NCBI RefSeq assembly: GCF_036365525.1
Contig: NW_027140989.1
Coordinates: forward strand, 2,976,001-3,040,000
From: Heterodontus francisci
Lineage: Eukaryota
Direction: 5' to 3'
DNA length: 64,000 bases
Positions 58,691 to 64,000 of this stretch are shown here, in pieces. A program made the translations under genes and the position numbers. Numbering within the stretch: position 1 is the first letter of the stretch; the number at the start of each line of letters is the position of its first letter. The notes under the pieces are model-generated. The model worked only from the letters and a program-made list of their open reading frames with translations. It was not told the DNA's origin and made no database searches.

Positions 58691-59039
58691 TTGAGTTTTA
58701 GGCTGAACTGTAAGATTCGTTTTATCTCGAAAGATCCGCCTGGGGAAACAGACGTTACAATCTCATTAAATTGATCTGTGACTGTAACTATCAGATATTA
58801 ACTCCTGCCCCATTCCGGCAAACACATCGACTCTCTCGGAGGATCACTTTGAGAATTTGAGCTAATGAACAGCAAACATAGTGCAGAGAATGATCTCAAG
58901 TTGAGCTTGGTAAAGGGGTCATCTCCCAGCTGGAAACCTTCTCTAATCTTGCCCACAGTCCCGGTTCCATTGCTCAAAATCAGATAAAACTGAACTGGAG
59001 AAAGTTCCGATTGATTATTGTTGTTCAAACTGTTGCCGA

Positions 59040-59420
59040 ATGAAGCACATGCGCGGTACAGCCCCGCCTCCACCGGTGATTGTGAATGAGCGAACGGGCG
59101 CATGCGAGCTCCCCTACTCCAGCAAATCTGTTGAACGCCATTTACTCAGTGAGCGGGAAGAGTTTGTTTTTAACAGAGGGAATGGAGATATTGCAGCCTA
59201 GGGGTAAGGCAGTAAACAGCAATCTGCTTCCAGCAGCACATTGCTTTGGGATACTGTCCGCAGTCTGGACCAGAGATCTCCATTGACTCCGGGGCAAGTT
59301 CAGGGAGAGTCGCGGGCTGTTTGTGAGAGGCACTGTGGAGGATGAACTGATCCCGGAACATGGAGTGAGCGGCGGAATGGAGAGGCCTTTCTCGGCCTGT
59401 GTGTGCACTAGGTAAGTGAG
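59040..59420 (+). promoter_or_regulatory. CpG promoter and putative first exon
   Basis: GCACATGCGC, CCCCGCC, GCGCATGCG, CGCCAT; donor-like G|GTAAGG near 59203 and G|GTAAGT near 59412; homologous to 27200-27330 (-). Confidence 0.5.
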
Positions 59421-59533
59421 ACCGAACGTGAATAAGCTGCTGTTGAAAATCTTTTCTGTTTCTCGCCTCAGTTCTGTAATACATGTTCGTGGTTTAACTC
59501 CTGTTTCACGCTGTTTACTGTGAGTGTACCTTT

Positions 59534-59641
59534 CAAGAATTCACCTGCCTCGGCTCAACTATCACCAGTAACCTGTCTGTAGATGCAGAAATCAACAAGC
59601 GCATGGGTAAGGCTTCCACTGCTATGTCCAGACTGGCCAAA
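59534..59641 (+). mobile_element. RTE-clade LINE internal fragment
   Basis: Translates QEFTCLGSTITSNLSVDAEINKRMGKASTAMSRLAK (F.YLGS..D.EI..R..KA motif). Confidence 0.75.
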
Positions 59642-60299
59642 CCTGATCTGCACAAACATCACTCAGGTAATCGCAATCTTGGAAGAGTGCAGATGTTGGC
59701 TTGTTTCTGGATGTCACTAAATTGTTGTAAATCGGTTAAAACACCTGATCAGCAGATGCTGAGATCTGCAGTGAAATCAGACACTGACATTCTTTGTATT
59801 TCTGGTGAGTATTTGTGGTTAGTAATAATGATTATTAATTGAAATGTTACATTAATCTCTTTTCTCGCTTCCACCTCAACTGATCTTCAGTTACAAGATA
59901 TATTGTTCTTCCTTTCTGTCGGCAAATACTTCCAGGGAACAAAATGAATGTGATGATTCCCAGGCACAAGGAAATGTGCAGTCAGCTCCTTGCAACACAG
60001 AGTAGGTTTGTTATCACTCCCAGAGGCCATCAGTTAATTCCAGAGTCACATGGAGCAGAAATAGTCAAACTCTCACTGATCCCAAGTTCAGAGACACATT
60101 TTCAATCCAGCAATCAAACAAAGCAGAAGAGACAGACATTGTTTCGAATCCATTCCAATTCTGTACTGCTGAAAGTTAGGTGCCTCAATCTCAATTCAAA
60201 AGCACACCCACGATCAAAGTGAAAGACACTATATCAATCTCACAAGAGGGACACATCCTGGAGACAGTAAGATAGAGAGTGAATCTCACCCTCACATAC

Positions 60300-60790
60300 C
60301 TGAAACTGTGTGCAGTTCTGGTCACCTAATTACAGAAAGGATGTAACTGGACTGGAGTGTGTTCAGAGGAGATTTATTTGGATGTTGCCAGGGCTGGAAA
60401 AATGCAGCTGTGTGGAAAGATTGGATAGGCTGCGGTTTTTCTCTTTGGAACAATGAAGGCTGAGGGGAGATCTGATTGAAATTTATAGAATTTTGAGGGA
60501 CCTGGACAGTTTGGCGGTGAAGGGTCTATTCACATTAACAGAGAGGTCAGTGACGAAGGCCAGAGATTTAAAGTGATTGGTAGAAAAATTAGTGGGGAGA
60601 TGAGGGAAAGAAAATCACCCAGAGGGTGTTGGGGGTCTGGAACTCACTGCCTGAAAGGATAGTTGAGGCAGGAACCCTCAACTAATTCAGAAGTACTCTG
60701 GCTCGGCACCTCAAATGCCGTCAACTGCAGGGTTCCGGACCAAGTCCTGGAAAGTGGGATTAGAACAAGTGGCCTCTTTCCGTGCCTTAA
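60300..60790 (+). mobile_element. Decayed CR1 3' fragment
   Basis: CVQFWSP, VQRRF, LRGDLIE and WNSLP remnants. Confidence 0.85.
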
Positions 60791-60849
60791 ACTTTCTATG
60801 ATTCTGTGGAACTGATGATTAAAAGAAAATAAACACATTCCTATACTGT

Positions 60850-63800
60850 AAACAGACAGACACAGAGTGAAATTCACAATTACAAATTATTAAAGAGTTA
60901 AAGTAAAGATTAAAACCTCCAGCCACAGAAGGGAGACTGACAGCTACAGTGAAGAAAATAAAACCACTCACATGCAAGAGACTGTCAGATAGAAAATAAC
61001 ACCAGAGTCGCCTAACAGAGACAGACAGTTACCACGTAAAACACATGGACACATACCAGAGACTGAGAGGGACAAAGGAAAATCAATTCTCCAATAAGAG
61101 AAATTGAATGAGAGGAATAACACACATACTTGTGCAGTAGACATTGATAGCTGCAGAACAAAAGAAAATGTGCACACACACCTATCAGGAACTGTAAGCT
61201 GCAGATTAAAACACACAGACCAAAATAGAAAGGTTCAGAGAAAAGCCCCATATCACACACTCGAGTTTGAAAGATACAGAATAAATCCACACTGTTATAT
61301 ATTAATTTACAGGTGCAGCTTAACAGTGACACTCACATACCAGAAACCAACTGGTGCAAAGGAAAACTCACTCAAGTAACAGAAACTGACAGGTAAAGAT
61401 CAAAAACCATAATTATATACAGAAAATGGCAGGTATAGAATAAAACAACAATCACATATTGGAAGTTGGCAGGTGGGGGGGCGGGGGGGGGGGACCCCTG
61501 CATGTTCCATAAACTGACAGGTACAGAGTAAAATAAACATTCATATACTATCAATGGACAGGTGCAGATTTAACCCCTCATTCAATTAACAGAAGCTGAA
61601 AGGTGCTCACTCAAATTCCAAAATTGAAAGATACAGAATAAACCCACATTCACACACCAGATACTGACAGGAACAGAACCCACATGCCACTCACAGAAAC
61701 AGATAGGGACAGAACAAAGGCCACAATCACATACCAGAAACTGACAGGGAAAGATAAAAACCTTCACACATTTCAGAAAGTAACAGGTGCAGGATAACTG
61801 CCTCCCTCACATATGAGAAACTGACAGATATAGATTGACACCCAGACTCGCATACTAGAAAATAACAGGTAAAGATTAAAATCTACATTTACATATCAGA
61901 AAATAGCAAATGCAGTATAAAAGCCACACTCAACTAGCAGAGACTGACAGACACAGAGTGAAATCCACAGTGAATTCCAAGAAATTTACTGTTAGAGAGT
62001 GAAAATCTCTCATCCATAACTGACAGACACAAAGAAAACCCAACACTTGCACTTCACACTCTGACAGATGCAGAATAAAACACACACATAATTAAGAAGA
62101 TTTATAAACCAGATACTGACAGATACAGACTAAAACTCAATGTCACTTAACATAAACTGACAGATGCAGAATAAATTCAGCAGTCACAGACCAGAGAATG
62201 AAATGTACAAAGTAAACCTCACAGACACATGTCAGAAATTGCCATGTACAGATTAAAAATCACACTCACATTCTAGAGAATGTAGAGATGTGGTGTACAA
62301 TCCGGACTCAAAAGCCAGACTAAAAATCGTACTTGTATACCAGACCGTGACATAGACAGGTTAAAAACCATAAGTGCACATTAGAAATTTAAATGCACAG
62401 GTTAAAACTTAAATTTACAAACCAGACAATCAAAGATAAAGAGTGAACACCACTCATATACAAGAAAGTGTTCGATTAACAGTCAAACCCACATTCACAT
62501 GCAATAAACTGAGGGGCACAAGTTCAAGAAACACAAACAAACATCAGAAACTGAAAGATACAGAATAAGATGTTTCTCACATAAAACAAAGTGACAGATA
62601 CAGATAAACCAACACTCAAAATCAGAAACTGACAGAGATAAACTGTAGACTAGGGATTGAGAGAGAAAGAGTGAAACTTACACCCGTGTCCAAGAAACTG
62701 AATAATACAGCAAAAGAAGTGAAAAAAAACACTCACCCACGATAAAAGAATAAAACTGCACTAACACACCAGAAACTGACAGGCATGAAGCAAACCCCCG
62801 TGCCACCCCCCACCCCCTCCCCCCGCACCCAATACAGAAAAACACAACAGAAACTGACAGCCATGAAATAAAAGCTACACACACATACCAGAAAGTGACA
62901 AGTACAGTTCCATACTGAAAAATACAAGGAAACAAGATAAAAACCAACACTCACGATTCTGAGTTAGACTGAGGTCGAGTAAAATCTTGATGCAAATTCC
63001 AGAGACTGACTGGTACAGATATAAAACTCAATCAATAAGAAAGTGCGAGGTGCAGAGTAAACCCCACAAATGGGGATCAGAATGAAACTGGTACAAAGTA
63101 AAATTCAAACCAACTTTTCAGAAACAGACAGGTAACAAGAAGAAAGAAAGACACAACCTCAAAGACCAGAGTATGAGGGTTACAGAGTAAAACCCATGCT
63201 CGTTAATCAGGAATTGCCATGTACAGATTAAAAATCACACTCACATTCTAGAGAATGTAGAGATGTGGTGTACAATCCGGACTCAAAAGCCAGACTAAAA
63301 ATCGTACTTGTATACCAGACCGTGACATAGACAGGTTAAAAACCATAAGTGCACATTAGAAATTTAAATGCACAGGTTAAAACTTAAATTTACAAACCAG
63401 ACAATCAAAGATAAAGAGTGAACACCACTCATATACAAGAAAGTGTTCGATTAACAGTCAAACCCACATTCACATGCAATAAACTGAGGGGCACAAGTTC
63501 AAGAAACACAAACAAACATCAGAAACTGAAAGATACAGAATAAGATGTTTCTCACATAAAACAAAGTGACAGATACAGATAAACCAACACTCAAAATCAG
63601 AAACTGACAGAGATAAACTGTAGACTAGGGATTGAGAGAGAAAGAGTGAAACTTACACCCGTGTCCAAGAAACTGAATAATACAGCAAAAGAAGTGAAAA
63701 AAAACACTCACCCACGATAAAAGAATAAAACTGCACTAACACACCAGAAACTGACAGGCATGAAGCAAACCCCCGTGCCACCCCCCACCCCCTCCCCCCG

Positions 63801-64000
63801 CACCCAATACAGAAAAACACAACAGAAACTGACAGCCATGAAATAAAAGCTACACACACATACCAGAAAGTGACAAGTACAGTTCCATACTGAAAAATAC
63901 AAGGAAACAAGATAAAAACCAACACTCACGATTCTGAGTTAGACTGAGGTCGAGTAAAATCTTGATGCAAATTCCAGAGACTGACTGGTACAGATATAAA
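60850..64000 (-). repeat. Degenerate 41-bp-satellite-like region in reverse orientation
   Basis: Recurring CACATACCAGAAACTGACAG..ACAGAGTAAAA, the reverse complement of the 42.2-43.3 kb monomer. Confidence 0.7.
62237..64000 (+). repeat. 975-bp tandem duplication running off the window end
   Basis: 62237 onward repeats at 63212 onward; identical ORFs at 62678/63653 and 62733/63708. Confidence 0.95.

Overview
Eukaryotic (vertebrate) genomic DNA. It is most likely a shark or ray, inferred from a tRNA-headed V-SINE with a CR1 tail (HE1/HER1 type), many CR1 LINEs and a Deu-SINE-like fragment. Layout: (i) 1-15.8 kb is a 46-bp satellite with higher-order structure, interrupted by a young 5'-truncated CR1. 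(ii) 16-27 kb holds CR1/SINE debris, 40-bp and 29-bp tandem arrays, and a decayed full-length Hermes/hobo-like hAT transposase. (iii) 27-57 kb is a decaying, rearranged replication-dependent histone cluster (H3 x2, H2A x2, H4, H1, a tiny H2B remnant). It contains tRNA-Gly/Ser pseudogenes, a large inverted duplication, a 2083-bp tandem triplication, two young CR1 insertions and short Penelope-like termini whose consensus is a minimal hammerhead ribozyme. (iv) 57-64 kb holds more LINE debris, a CpG promoter/first-exon-like element, degenerate satellite and a 975-bp tandem duplication. I cannot demonstrate a wholly new biological system. The best leads are the Hermes-like hAT, the hammerhead-type repeat sitting at rearrangement junctions, and the reciprocally inactivated mirror-image histone blocks. 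All family assignments come from motif recall, not database searches.
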